Assembly: GCA_965218975.1 (NCBI GenBank)
Contig: OZ244717.1
Coordinates: 576,001 to 640,000 of the forward strand
Length of the DNA stretch: 64,000 nt
Direction of reading: 5' to 3'
Origin: Candidatus Oxydemutatoraceae bacterium
Lineage (GTDB): Bacteria; Pseudomonadota; Gammaproteobacteria; Poriferisulfidales; Oxydemutatoraceae
A program made the position numbers and the translations under genes. Position 1 is the stretch's first letter, and each line of letters starts with the position of its first letter. The notes below the pieces were generated by a model that worked only from the letters and a program-made list of their open reading frames with translations, was not told where the DNA came from and made no database searches. Shown piece after piece: positions 31,594 to 41,473 of the stretch.

Positions 31594-32121
31594 CCCAATC
31601 CGATTTTCTGCCGGAAGCGGAATCGTATGCGCGCTTCATTCGCCTGATCCGTATTGACGTTGATCAGAGTCATGCGCACGATACCAAAATAAGTCGGGGC
31701 ATCTCAGCACTGCAGGATGTCTGAGTCTCATGGATGGCTTACGCATACTTAATCCTATCATAGCCCGACATGCTTTCGGAATGATGTGTACGGGGTCATC
31801 GCATAATTGCACAATTTGTGGCGGGCTTACACATGCTATTGCTTATTCGAAAGAAGGAGATACACTGAATGGAGAAGGAGAATTGTAACTAACATAAAAG
31901 CATTGTAGAGGGCCGTGTGTGCGCTATTGCAGATGTATGATGCGTTTGGATGCCTTGCCGAATGTGCCGTTGATACGGCGGCATATACGCCTGTCGTTAC
32001 CGACAAAATGAAATTTGCAGGGAAATTCGTGATGCATGTCGACTGTAAGGGCAGCGATTAATCCGGGAAGTTTGCTCACGGCTTTTTCAACTCTCCTGTT
32101 ACGATACCAGGAATTTTTCAT

Positions 32122-32826
32122 TTGACTCAAGCTTTTAACTACACGCGTATTTCCGCAATCTGCCGGCCGCAAGCAGCATTGATTCTACTACATGGCCTTG
32201 GCGCCAATGCCGAAGATTTAAGAGAAGTGGTTGATGCGCTTGAGCTTCCGGCTAAGGATGCAACTGAGTTTATTTTGCCGCATGCCACTTTGCGTCCGGT
32301 TACTATTGCCGACGGGATGAACCTTTCGGCATGGTTTGACATTTATGATAGACATCGAAATTCACCGGAGGATACAGTAGGTATCAACCAAAGCGTGCGG
32401 AAACTTGCCTGCGTCATTGATGAAACCCGGCAACGCGGCATTTCAGCCCAAAGAATTTTTATCGGCGGTTTTTCGCAAGGCGGCGCACTTGCTCTGCGTT
32501 ATGCCTATTGTAGCGCTATACCTTTGGGCGGAGTTATCGGTCTGTCTTGCTACTTACCGTTACGCCACACCCGACCGGCGTTAGCCGATACGGATACCGG
32601 CAGAAACAACCCCCCGGTTTTCTTGTCCCATGGTGTCGCAGACGATGTGATTCCCCTTGATTTCGCCGAAACCGCGCGTGATATTCTGCGCCGGCATCAC
32701 TTTGACGTAACGTGGCGAACTTATCCTGTCGGACATCACTTGTATGCTCAAGTTATCAGCGATCTTAGCCGGTGGCTAGCAAAGAGATACAAAGTATTAG
32801 ACACGTCTTTAACAAATACCGTTTAA
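32122..32826 (+). CDS. Phospholipase/carboxylesterase (alpha/beta hydrolase)
   Basis: LHGLG, AWFDI, GGFSQGG, HG..DDVIP, YPVGH; start uncertain. Confidence 0.88.
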   Translation: MTQAFNYTRISAICRPQAALILLHGLGANAEDLREVVDALELPAKDATEFILPHATLRPVTIADGMNLSAWFDIYDRHRNSPEDTVGINQSVRKLACVIDETRQRGISAQRIFIGGFSQGGALALRYAYCSAIPLGGVIGLSCYLPLRHTRPALADTDTGRNNPPVFLSHGVADDVIPLDFAETARDILRRHHFDVTWRTYPVGHHLYAQVISDLSRWLAKRYKVLDTSLTNTV

Positions 32827-32899
32827 TGGAGAAATTTTTCGTCCTTGGGAGTAGTTTTCAAAGTGGCTTGCCTCTCTTGCGGCAGGATGCCCTCGCCAT

Positions 32900-34312
32900 T
32901 TAGTGCGGCGAAGACTCCAAATACTCTCGCGCACGTGCTAACTGAATGCGCACTTGCTTCGGTGACGTTCCCCCATAACTATTGCGTGCGTCAAGCGCAT
33001 GGCGTTCCGACAGCACCGTGAAGACATCGTCGGTAATCGCGGGACAAATCTTTTGCATGGCAGCAAGGTCTAATTCAACCAGTGCGCATTTCTTTTCAAT
33101 CGCCAGCCGCACTAGCCGCCCAGCCGCAGTATGGGCGTCCCGAAACGGGACTGATTTGCCAACCAGATAGTCGGCCAGATCGGTCGCTGTTGTGTAGCCG
33201 GACTTGACCGCCCAAGCCATCCGCTTAGGGTGAATTTGTAGCCCGCCGATGATTGCATCCAACATTAATACACAGCTGTGCACCGTGTCCGCCGCATCAA
33301 AAACCGGTTCCTTGTCCTCCTGATTGTCACGGTTATATGCTAACGGCTGCGCTTTCATAATTGTTAGCAGGGAAATCAAGCTGCCGTAGACTCTGCCGCT
33401 TTTGCCGCGAATTAGTTCCGCACTATCCGGGTTCTTTTTCTGCGGCATAATAGATGACCCAGTGCAATGCGCATCGGACATTTCTATAAAATCAAAAGGT
33501 TGTGAACTCCATAAAACCAACTCTTCGCCTATCCGCGATAAATGCATCATCAAAATTGCACCTGCGGCGCAAAACTCTATCGCAAAATCGCGATCGCTGA
33601 CCGCATCCAACGAATTATCGCTCACTTCATCAAATCCCAATAGAGCGGCGGTATATTCGCGATCCGGCGCAAAGCCGGTTCCTGCCAATGCTGCTGACCC
33701 CAAAGGTAGAATATTTGTTCGCTGACGGACATCTGCCAGCCGTGCCCGGTCGCGTTTCAACATCTCAAACCATGCCAGCAAATGATGCCCGAAACTTACC
33801 GGTTGTGCCGCTTGCAGGTGAGTATAGCCCGGTAGCATTGTTTCAATCTGCCGATCGGCGAGTGCAATAATACTACTTTGTAAATTCATTAACGCCACTT
33901 GTAGCCTGTCGATCACCTCGCGCAAGTAAAGCCGTAAGTCGGTTGCGACCTGATCGTTTCTTGAGCGTGCGGTATGTAGCTTTTTCCCTGTATCACCGAT
34001 TAACGCGATTAATCTCGCCTCAATATTCATATGAATGTCTTCCAATGCCGTTGACCACCGGAATTTCCCTCGTTCAATTTCCTCGCGGATTTGCTCCAAA
34101 CCGCGCACGATTTGCGTCGCTTCCTCGTTGTTTAAAACCATCGCTTTTTCCAGTGTCCGGGCGTGTGCGATGGATACTTCAATATCCTGACGGTACAGCC
34201 TCCTATCAAATTGTACCGATGCGGAAAAAGTTTCCAGCACGGCACTGCTGTCTGCGTTGAAACGACCCTGCCATGGTTTTATCGGTTGGTTTGCTTTCTT
34301 TTTACTTTTCAT
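32900..34312 (-). CDS. argH: Argininosuccinate lyase
   Basis: WQGRF, EDIHMNIE, RSRNDQV, GYTHLQ, GSSIMPQKKNPD. Confidence 0.97.
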   Translation of the reverse strand: MKSKKKANQPIKPWQGRFNADSSAVLETFSASVQFDRRLYRQDIEVSIAHARTLEKAMVLNNEEATQIVRGLEQIREEIERGKFRWSTALEDIHMNIEARLIALIGDTGKKLHTARSRNDQVATDLRLYLREVIDRLQVALMNLQSSIIALADRQIETMLPGYTHLQAAQPVSFGHHLLAWFEMLKRDRARLADVRQRTNILPLGSAALAGTGFAPDREYTAALLGFDEVSDNSLDAVSDRDFAIEFCAAGAILMMHLSRIGEELVLWSSQPFDFIEMSDAHCTGSSIMPQKKNPDSAELIRGKSGRVYGSLISLLTIMKAQPLAYNRDNQEDKEPVFDAADTVHSCVLMLDAIIGGLQIHPKRMAWAVKSGYTTATDLADYLVGKSVPFRDAHTAAGRLVRLAIEKKCALVELDLAAMQKICPAITDDVFTVLSERHALDARNSYGGTSPKQVRIQLARAREYLESSPH

Positions 34313-34384
34313 AGATTATTATTATATCGTTAGCATATAAGCGGGCATCTTCTGTTTGGAAACCATGTGCGCAGCAACAAAAAA

Positions 34385-34512
34385 GTTACATCGCGCCGGG
34401 CACATACCAGACCGACAATTCCCAATAAAAAAAGTGACCAGCATGCAATATCGGCATATCAGGCACCTTTTACTAGTCAGGCATTTATCCCGTATGTATC
34501 CGGTACTATACA
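34385..34512. mobile_element. MITE-like element made of two inverted IS481-type-A left ends
   Basis: Left half resembles 12749-12820 forward; right half ends TATGTATCCGGTACTATACA, matching the reverse complement of the IS terminus. Confidence 0.6.
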
Positions 34513-34616
34513 CCTATGCGCAAAGTTAGCATTGTAGGTATAATGCAAGAAGTGGTGCGGGGTGGAGGGCTAAGCTTGTTCTGCGTTGCTTCGGCAGGCG
34601 CGGGCGCAAAATAATT

Positions 34617-35525
34617 ATGCCTACAATGGATGCTATTAGCGAAGTTACGGTTGCTTCAAAACCAGCCAGAAAAGGTATCCGCGAAGGCCGGGGTTGGCGT
34701 TTCTATTGCCAGTCTTCGGAGAAAATGCGGCAGGTCGGCGATGGCAGTATTGCTCTGACCATTACTTCGCCGCCCTATTGGAATGCCATAGACTACGACC
34801 TACACACGAGCGGCGGCGATGAAATATGGCACAGGCAAAGGGAGTATTCGCAGTTCGGTAAGACCTACGGGGAATGGCTGGAGCGAGTGCGTCAAGTCTT
34901 TCAGGAAGTTCATAGGGCGACAATGGATGGCGGCTTTTGTGCCGTGGTCATCGGCACGATCCTCAAAGACCGGAAACATTATCCCGCCCCCTTTGATTTC
35001 ACAGATCGGATGTTGAAAATCGGTTGGAAATTCCACCAGGACATAATCTGGAATAAGGTAACGGGCGGCGTAAAACGAGCCGGCGTGTTTATCCAACATC
35101 CCCAACCGGGGTACTACTACCCAAACATCATGACCGAATACATACTGATTTTCCGCAAAAGCGAAACAATGCGCAGAGGTGCGGAACAAGCATTGCCGAT
35201 AGATGAAGTCTTTAAGCGAGATATTGCCAACAATATTTGGCACGTTGCGCCGGTGCCACCGCGCACGATAGCGCACCCATGCCCCTACCCCGACGAGATC
35301 GTGCGTCGGCTTACCCTGCTCTACTCGCAACCTGGGGATGAAATACTAGACCCATTCTTAGGCAGCGGTCAGACTGCAAAAGTAGCCCTCCGAAATAAGC
35401 GGCGTGTCGTGGGTTATGATATCGAGCAGCGATACATAGACTTGTCTGCCGCTCGTCTGAACGATACTAGTAGGCGAGAGTATCAGTTACTGCCGTCTTT
35501 TGAAAAGGTGAAGGCTGCGGTTTGA
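34617..35525 (+). CDS. Site-specific DNA methyltransferase, beta class (probably N4-cytosine)
   Basis: Motif IV TSPPY precedes motif I LDPFLGSG; IIWNK, HPCPYP. Confidence 0.9.
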   Translation: MPTMDAISEVTVASKPARKGIREGRGWRFYCQSSEKMRQVGDGSIALTITSPPYWNAIDYDLHTSGGDEIWHRQREYSQFGKTYGEWLERVRQVFQEVHRATMDGGFCAVVIGTILKDRKHYPAPFDFTDRMLKIGWKFHQDIIWNKVTGGVKRAGVFIQHPQPGYYYPNIMTEYILIFRKSETMRRGAEQALPIDEVFKRDIANNIWHVAPVPPRTIAHPCPYPDEIVRRLTLLYSQPGDEILDPFLGSGQTAKVALRNKRRVVGYDIEQRYIDLSAARLNDTSRREYQLLPSFEKVKAAV

Positions 35526-36187
35526 TGGCGATGCCGGATGGCGGGAGAGGGCGCCCCGCGAGCTATAACAAGGAACGAGGTTATTTCCGTAGCCTCAAAG
35601 AAAATGTCTCGTGGCAGGCATTAGCGAAATATGAGCAGGCAATCAAAACCCTTTTAGAGAGATACAACACCACCATATACGAAAATCGCTTTATCGCCGG
35701 CGGGGCAGTAGAAGTCTTTACGCTGATGCTACTGTGTTCTGCGGGTATTCCGGCGCAGAGCTACGGCGATGAAACTGCTGCCGGTGACGTTATCCTGCCT
35801 AATAAGCGGATGCTGTCCATAAAGGGAAGCTTTACGGGTTCGAAGGATAGTATCCGACTAATTAACACAATGGGCGAAACGAAAGCGGTATGGTGCACTG
35901 CAACGTTATTCATAATCACAGGCTTGGGCATTGTGTATGGCGACCCTGTTATGTTGGAAGATGGTGATTTGTCCCGTGCCAAAGATGCTCTAATGCTTCG
36001 GCGGGCAGCGATAGATAGGTTCGCGTCAGATCCGGCTAATTTGATTGCGATAGATATTGCCCAAAAGCCGTCCAAGCAAATGACACGTTTTAGCCATAAG
36101 GCAAGCACTGCGGTTGCTCGTCAGATCATGTATGAGCAGCAGCTGAAGACGCTATTGTCGCAAGTCAATGGGCAACATAGTATGTAG
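35522..36187 (+). CDS. Putative type II restriction endonuclease
   Basis: Overlaps the methyltransferase stop; possible PD-(D/E)xK-like core GD..LSIK; no other family recognised. Confidence 0.55.
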   Translation: MMAMPDGGRGRPASYNKERGYFRSLKENVSWQALAKYEQAIKTLLERYNTTIYENRFIAGGAVEVFTLMLLCSAGIPAQSYGDETAAGDVILPNKRMLSIKGSFTGSKDSIRLINTMGETKAVWCTATLFIITGLGIVYGDPVMLEDGDLSRAKDALMLRRAAIDRFASDPANLIAIDIAQKPSKQMTRFSHKASTAVARQIMYEQQLKTLLSQVNGQHSM

Positions 36188-36250
36188 GTCCCTTCTGTTT
36201 CTATGCCCCTTGTGTCGGATATATAATAACCGGGGCAGATAAGATAATAC

Positions 36251-37255
36251 TTGCTCTTCCATTACCTCTTGACAGATATGAAGTCATTACGCTTGGAATT
36301 GCTCGCCGTAAAATATTGGCTCCTTGCCTGCTTGTGGGTCACAGCGATGGCACTAGGATTCGGTTTGGCAACAACTTCCTCGCTTGCGCTTGAAGCCTAC
36401 TGGTCCAACACTCTCGGGTTTTTTCTATTATTCCTAAGCGGATTGGGTGTTTGCTACGGTTGCTGTATAGCATATCGCCATCTGATGCAGGCCTCATCGC
36501 ATTTCCTCCTCCTGGTCAGCGTATCTCTGATATTGCTGACGATTATTGCTTACAATTTCGGGCACCTCTTGCCAGGAGTCCCCAGTCGTTACCCGCCCAT
36601 CATCTTGGTTATCCTGACAAGCATTAGCGGAATACCATTATTGGGGATAATGGCATATTATCATTGCCTTATCGAAACCACTCAAATCAGCGCGTTATAT
36701 CATCAAATCCGTCTACATTTTCTGTTTAATACTCTAAATACTGCCGTTTGTCTGATTTCTTCACATCCGCGGGACGCAGAAAATACACTACTCGGTTTGA
36801 CAAGTTTGTACCGCTTAATGCTAAGACAGGAGCCTTTTGTAAAACTCTACGAGGAAATTAACGTTGCTAAAGACTATATCCGAATAGAACGGATCCGTCT
36901 TGGCGCCCGTTTGGGAGTAAAGTGGAAAATACCCGCTCTATCGACTCTTCAGACGCAAGTCCCCGTTTTGCTCCTTCAACCGCTGGTTGAAAATGCGATT
37001 TATCATGGAATCGAAACAAATGCGCAGGGCGGCATTGTAACCATTACTATCACCGAAGAGGAACGCTTCATCTTTTTCGAGATAAGCAACTCCGTTGATG
37101 CATCAGCCGGTCAATCAAAAGGCGGCCATATTGCCCAAGACAACATCCGCCGCAGACTACTTCATGTCTATGGATCGGAATGTGGCTTTAGTTCAAACCA
37201 TAACTCGAGTCAATACTGTGTGAAATTCTCAGTACCTCGGAGGAGGAATAGATGA
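36251..37255 (+). CDS. LytS/AlgZ(FimS)-family sensor histidine kinase
   Basis: TM N-terminus, QIRLHFLFNTLN, LQPLVENAIYHG; argH-algZ-algR-hemC-hemD synteny. Confidence 0.88.
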   Translation: MLFHYLLTDMKSLRLELLAVKYWLLACLWVTAMALGFGLATTSSLALEAYWSNTLGFFLLFLSGLGVCYGCCIAYRHLMQASSHFLLLVSVSLILLTIIAYNFGHLLPGVPSRYPPIILVILTSISGIPLLGIMAYYHCLIETTQISALYHQIRLHFLFNTLNTAVCLISSHPRDAENTLLGLTSLYRLMLRQEPFVKLYEEINVAKDYIRIERIRLGARLGVKWKIPALSTLQTQVPVLLLQPLVENAIYHGIETNAQGGIVTITITEEERFIFFEISNSVDASAGQSKGGHIAQDNIRRRLLHVYGSECGFSSNHNSSQYCVKFSVPRRRNR

Positions 37256-38031
37256 TGAATATTTTAATTGTCGACGATGAACCATTGGCCGTGAAACGCC
37301 TGCATCAATTTATTGACAATACACCTGGCTACAATTGTGCCGGATGTGCTTTTGATGGAGTTGAGGCAGTACAAAAAGCGCATCAATTAAATGTTGACAT
37401 TGTATTGATGGATATACGCATGCCGAAGATGGACGGTTTAACTGCCGCCCGACACATTCGCGATATGGAAAATCCGCCGGCGATTATTTTCACTACTGCG
37501 TTTGCCGAATATTCGCTTCATGCTTTTTCAATTCCCGCATCGGGCTATTTACTTAAACCCATCATTCAACCCAAGTTGATCGCGGCAATTGAAAACATTA
37601 AAAGCATGACCCCACGCGCTATCAGCGAATCTCTACAGATTCCGCATGAAAAAGAGGAGTATATTTGCTGTCGGCACTACGGAGAATTTTTGCTGATTGC
37701 ATTTCGTCGCATCTACTACCTAAAATCCTCAACGAAGTATACACAGATATACTACCATAACAGTTCGTCTTTAACGGAAAGGTCACTCAAGTCGTTTCTT
37801 GAGTACTATCCCGACAGACTGATCCGGATCAATCGGGGAATAGCCGTCAATCGAGCTTATTTGAGAGGATTACGACGAATAAACAATGATCAGTATGAAG
37901 CCATACTTTCGAAAGTGGGGAAGGGATTATTGGTTAGCCGGCGCAATTTGCCGCATATACGCGCTCACTTGAATCAGATTGGGCACTCATTTCCGTTAGT
38001 GACCGAGTTGCCGGACGAGACCGATAGATAA
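37252..38031 (+). CDS. LytTR-family response regulator (AlgR-like)
   Basis: IVDDEPLA, MDIRMP, FTTA, YLLKP; C-terminal LytTR (RINRG, VSRR). Confidence 0.9.
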   Translation: MMNILIVDDEPLAVKRLHQFIDNTPGYNCAGCAFDGVEAVQKAHQLNVDIVLMDIRMPKMDGLTAARHIRDMENPPAIIFTTAFAEYSLHAFSIPASGYLLKPIIQPKLIAAIENIKSMTPRAISESLQIPHEKEEYICCRHYGEFLLIAFRRIYYLKSSTKYTQIYYHNSSSLTERSLKSFLEYYPDRLIRINRGIAVNRAYLRGLRRINNDQYEAILSKVGKGLLVSRRNLPHIRAHLNQIGHSFPLVTELPDETDR

Positions 38032-38064
38032 ACAAACACGGCTGACGGATGTGGGTATCGTTTT

Positions 38065-38991
38065 ATGACTCTTGCAGTTTTACGTATCGCATCGCGTAAA
38101 AGCCCGCTTGCATTATGGCAAGCACGTTATGTTGCTTCGGTACTTTGCCGGCACTATCCCGAATGGAGTGTCGAAGTCATTCCTTTACTTACCAGCGGCG
38201 ATACTCTGCTTGATCAACCGCTATCACAAAGCGGTGGGAAGGGTTTGTTTATTAAAGAGTTAGAGCAAGCATTGCTCGATCGTCGTGCGGATATTGCAGT
38301 ACACTCCATGAAAGATGTACCGGTAACATTACCGATGGATTTGATTATTACCGCGACCATGCAACGTGAAGACCCTGCCGACGCGTTTGTCTCGAATCGC
38401 TTCGTCGGATTGGAACAATTACCTGCCGGCACGACAGTCGGGACTTCAAGCCTCAGACGGCATTGTCAATTAGCGCACCGCTACCCCAATTTGATGATTC
38501 AGCCTTTGCGCGGTAATATCAATACACGACTTAAGCGATTGGATGAAGGGAAGTTTGACGCCGTTATATTGGCATGTGCGGGACTGAAACGACTGGGTTA
38601 CGTGCATCGTATCAGTGAAAGAATTACTTTTGAAACTTGTTTGCCGGCAATCGGACAAGGAGCGCTCGGTATTGAGTGTTGTGCCGAAAATGTTAGCCTG
38701 CGCAAACGGCTGGAAGTTTTACACGACCAAACAACCGGGAATTGTGTAGCGGCCGAACGCGCAGTCAGTCAAGCGCTTAACGGGGATTGTCGTCTGCCGA
38801 TTGCAGCGTATGCCGAACAACGCGAAACTCGGTTGCATTTGCAGGCGTGTGTCGGAAACCTGAATGGCACCATATTGCTTACGGCGCAGGCCATGGGCAA
38901 CGACCCGCATATCACCGGAACTGAAGTTGCGCAAAATCTAATCGCGCAGGGTGCCGACCGGATACTTGCAGCGTGCCGTCATCAAACATAA
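38065..38991 (+). CDS. hemC: Hydroxymethylbilane synthase
   Basis: ASRKSPLALWQA, GGKGLFIKELE, VHSMKDVP, GTSSLRR, RGNINTRL. Confidence 0.97.
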   Translation: MTLAVLRIASRKSPLALWQARYVASVLCRHYPEWSVEVIPLLTSGDTLLDQPLSQSGGKGLFIKELEQALLDRRADIAVHSMKDVPVTLPMDLIITATMQREDPADAFVSNRFVGLEQLPAGTTVGTSSLRRHCQLAHRYPNLMIQPLRGNINTRLKRLDEGKFDAVILACAGLKRLGYVHRISERITFETCLPAIGQGALGIECCAENVSLRKRLEVLHDQTTGNCVAAERAVSQALNGDCRLPIAAYAEQRETRLHLQACVGNLNGTILLTAQAMGNDPHITGTEVAQNLIAQGADRILAACRHQT

Positions 38992-39796
38992 AATTCGTCC
39001 GTTGACACAACCATTAACCGGTGCCTGTATTCTAGTTACTCGCCCGCGGGGGCAAAGTGACGCATTGCTGGTAAAACTGCGTTCTGCCGGAGCACAAGTA
39101 CTGCACTGCCCGGTGATAGAGATTCTTGACCAACATCAGACTCGAGAAAATTTAGCAAAAGCAACACAGCTATCACGCTACCAAGCAGTTATTTTCATCA
39201 GTCGGAATGCCGTTAAGTACGGATTACATTTGATGTATGCCGCCGATACTGCCGCTGCTGATCTGCCTCCGGTTGGCGCCATCGGACGCAGTACCGCCGC
39301 TTTATTGCAGCAGCATCAAGTCCGGGTCGCAGCATGCCCAAACGTCCCCGATAGCGCTGCATTGGCGGAAACTCCGGTGATGCGAGGGTTAAATGCCGGA
39401 AGTCGCGTGCTAATTTTTCGTGGGAAAGGTGGTAGAGAAACACTTGCTAAGATATTTGCCGCGCGCAGAATTGAAACCGATTATGCGGAAGTGTATCAAC
39501 GCATCCGACCCACCAATCAAACAGTACCCGTTACAACACCTGCCGGTAGAAAGATTGATCTGATTATGCTCAGCAGCCGCGATAGCCTACAAAACCTGCA
39601 TATAATGACACCGCTAAAAGACCGTCGCAAGTTACTCGAAACACCGCTGCTGCTTGGCAGTCCAACAATGCTTGATCTGGTTGATAAACTGGGTTTTCAG
39701 TCTCCTCCCATTATTGCACCTAGCCCTCTTGACGACGATATGCTGGCCCAAGCAATTGATTGGTGGCAACACCAAAATTCATTGTCCGCACAATGA
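38951..39796 (+). CDS. hemD: Uroporphyrinogen-III synthase
   Basis: LVTRP, FISRNAV, GKGGRETL, AEVYQR; follows hemC; start uncertain. Confidence 0.88.
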   Translation: MPTGYLQRAVIKHKIRPLTQPLTGACILVTRPRGQSDALLVKLRSAGAQVLHCPVIEILDQHQTRENLAKATQLSRYQAVIFISRNAVKYGLHLMYAADTAAADLPPVGAIGRSTAALLQQHQVRVAACPNVPDSAALAETPVMRGLNAGSRVLIFRGKGGRETLAKIFAARRIETDYAEVYQRIRPTNQTVPVTTPAGRKIDLIMLSSRDSLQNLHIMTPLKDRRKLLETPLLLGSPTMLDLVDKLGFQSPPIIAPSPLDDDMLAQAIDWWQHQNSLSAQ

Positions 39797-39885
39797 TAAG
39801 AAAATAAAAATTGCGTAAGCAACGCATGTAAATAAGCCGCGAATGCATCATTTTGTTATGATACGGATAAACACAAGGAGCGATT

Positions 39886-40515
39886 TTGATTCTAAAACTT
39901 GAACTGGCAATTTTGCTCATCGGCGGACTAATAATTGTCGGCTTGATAACAATTGATTCGCCGGACTGGCATATATTCGGCGTGAACATCGCAGTGCTTG
40001 GCGCCATTCTGATATTTATCATCAAGGTTTTGTATTGGGTAGGGCAAATCAGCCGACTGCCGGCAAAGCCTTTGCACCATTGGCAAAGACGTAAAGACGC
40101 ACAAGCGCACGCGGCGTTTCACCGTGGGATTGCACTCTTTCTTGACAACCAGTCTAAATCGGCGCGAACCGCACTGCGCACATCTGCCGATCATCCGGCT
40201 TATTCCCGTTCGGCAAACCTATTGATTGCAAAGTGCGCGCTTGATGAAAAGCGATTTCGTGCCGCGCATGAAGCGTTAGAAAAAGCCCGGGAAGCCGGCG
40301 CTGAAACATTGACAACTGATTTACTCGAGGCGCAAGCGCATGGCGATGAAGGGCAACATCAGCGAGCACGGGCGTGTTTGAAGAGGCTGCGTTTGGCGCA
40401 CCCGCACCATCCGAAAGTAACGGCATTATATAAAAAATATTTCGATTCAATCGTTGCGACATCATCCTCGATGACGTTCGGTAATGCAACGAATCATACT
40501 AAATTGGGAACATGA
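39886..40515 (+). CDS. Short HemY-like membrane-anchored TPR protein
   Basis: Two N-terminal TMs then TPR-like helices, in the hemX/hemY position after hemD. Confidence 0.55.
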   Translation: MILKLELAILLIGGLIIVGLITIDSPDWHIFGVNIAVLGAILIFIIKVLYWVGQISRLPAKPLHHWQRRKDAQAHAAFHRGIALFLDNQSKSARTALRTSADHPAYSRSANLLIAKCALDEKRFRAAHEALEKAREAGAETLTTDLLEAQAHGDEGQHQRARACLKRLRLAHPHHPKVTALYKKYFDSIVATSSSMTFGNATNHTKLGT

Positions 40516-40689
40516 ACAAACCGACGTCCTAGCTAAGCACACCGAAACATAACACATGCCTTTCTGCGCATTAAGATTTTCACGCGCGAACCTGTTTGCA
40601 ATAAAAAATGAGATTGCTTGTGGAAATTCTGTTGCAGCTAATAAATATAGTTTAATTGACTTATAATCCGATTTTCTCGGAGACAAATA

Positions 40690-41172
40690 TTGTTTGTAAT
40701 TTTTGCTGTGATCCTATTGGGTGTTTGGCTGCAGCTGTCAGGACACTACGACACCTTTACTATATTGCTCGGCATGATAAGTATTGCTACGGTTATTTTT
40801 TTGGCGAAACGCATGGGCTTATTGAAGCAAGGACAGCATACATTGCATTTTTATAGCCACCTCCCCGCTTACGGTATCTGGCTATTGCCGCGTATTATCG
40901 TGGCAAACTTTGATGTGGCGTGGCGCATTTTGCATCCGAAATTGCCAATCAATCCGGGCTTTATTCGCACGCCGATGACACAAAAAAAAGAGTTGGCAAA
41001 ACTCACCCACGCAAATTCAATCACTTTGACGCCTGGGACAATTAGCACTGACATAGATACGGATAGTATCGAAGTACATGTGCTAACACGTTGCCCGACC
41101 GACGAAATATCCTTGCTCGAATTTGACCGGCGCGCATCCATGCTTGAAGGAGATAAGAAAAGTAATGCTTGA
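40690..41172 (+). CDS. mrpE: Mrp Na+/H+ antiporter subunit E
   Basis: ANSITLTPGT, VHVL. Confidence 0.9.
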   Translation: MFVIFAVILLGVWLQLSGHYDTFTILLGMISIATVIFLAKRMGLLKQGQHTLHFYSHLPAYGIWLLPRIIVANFDVAWRILHPKLPINPGFIRTPMTQKKELAKLTHANSITLTPGTISTDIDTDSIEVHVLTRCPTDEISLLEFDRRASMLEGDKKSNA

Positions 41173-41473
41173 ATTCCTTCTCGCCGCATTGGCGATTACC
41201 ATGACTCTGGCGTTGGTCCGCGCCGCTATAGGTCCTGGTTGGTTTGATCGTGTGTTGGCGCTAAATGTGCTCGGCACTTTAACCATTATACTGTTAGTGC
41301 TCATCAGCACTTTTACCGAGCTGTACGCGCTGATTGACATCGCGCTGCTTTATGGGTTGATTAACTTTGTGAGCACCATCGCCATCTTGCGTTTTTTTAA
41401 CGATCGCCTCTTACCGCTGCCGCGGTTTAAGCTTCATTTGAAGCGAATGAAAAAAGAGGAGGCCGATGATTGA
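41165..41473 (+). CDS. mrpF: Mrp antiporter subunit F
   Basis: GP..FDRVLA, DIALLY..INF. Confidence 0.88.
   Translation: MLEFLLAALAITMTLALVRAAIGPGWFDRVLALNVLGTLTIILLVLISTFTELYALIDIALLYGLINFVSTIAILRFFNDRLLPLPRFKLHLKRMKKEEADD

Noticed and set aside
31924-32172. 82-aa minus-strand ORF
   Set aside because: Overlaps the esterase start, with no RBS or motif that I could identify.
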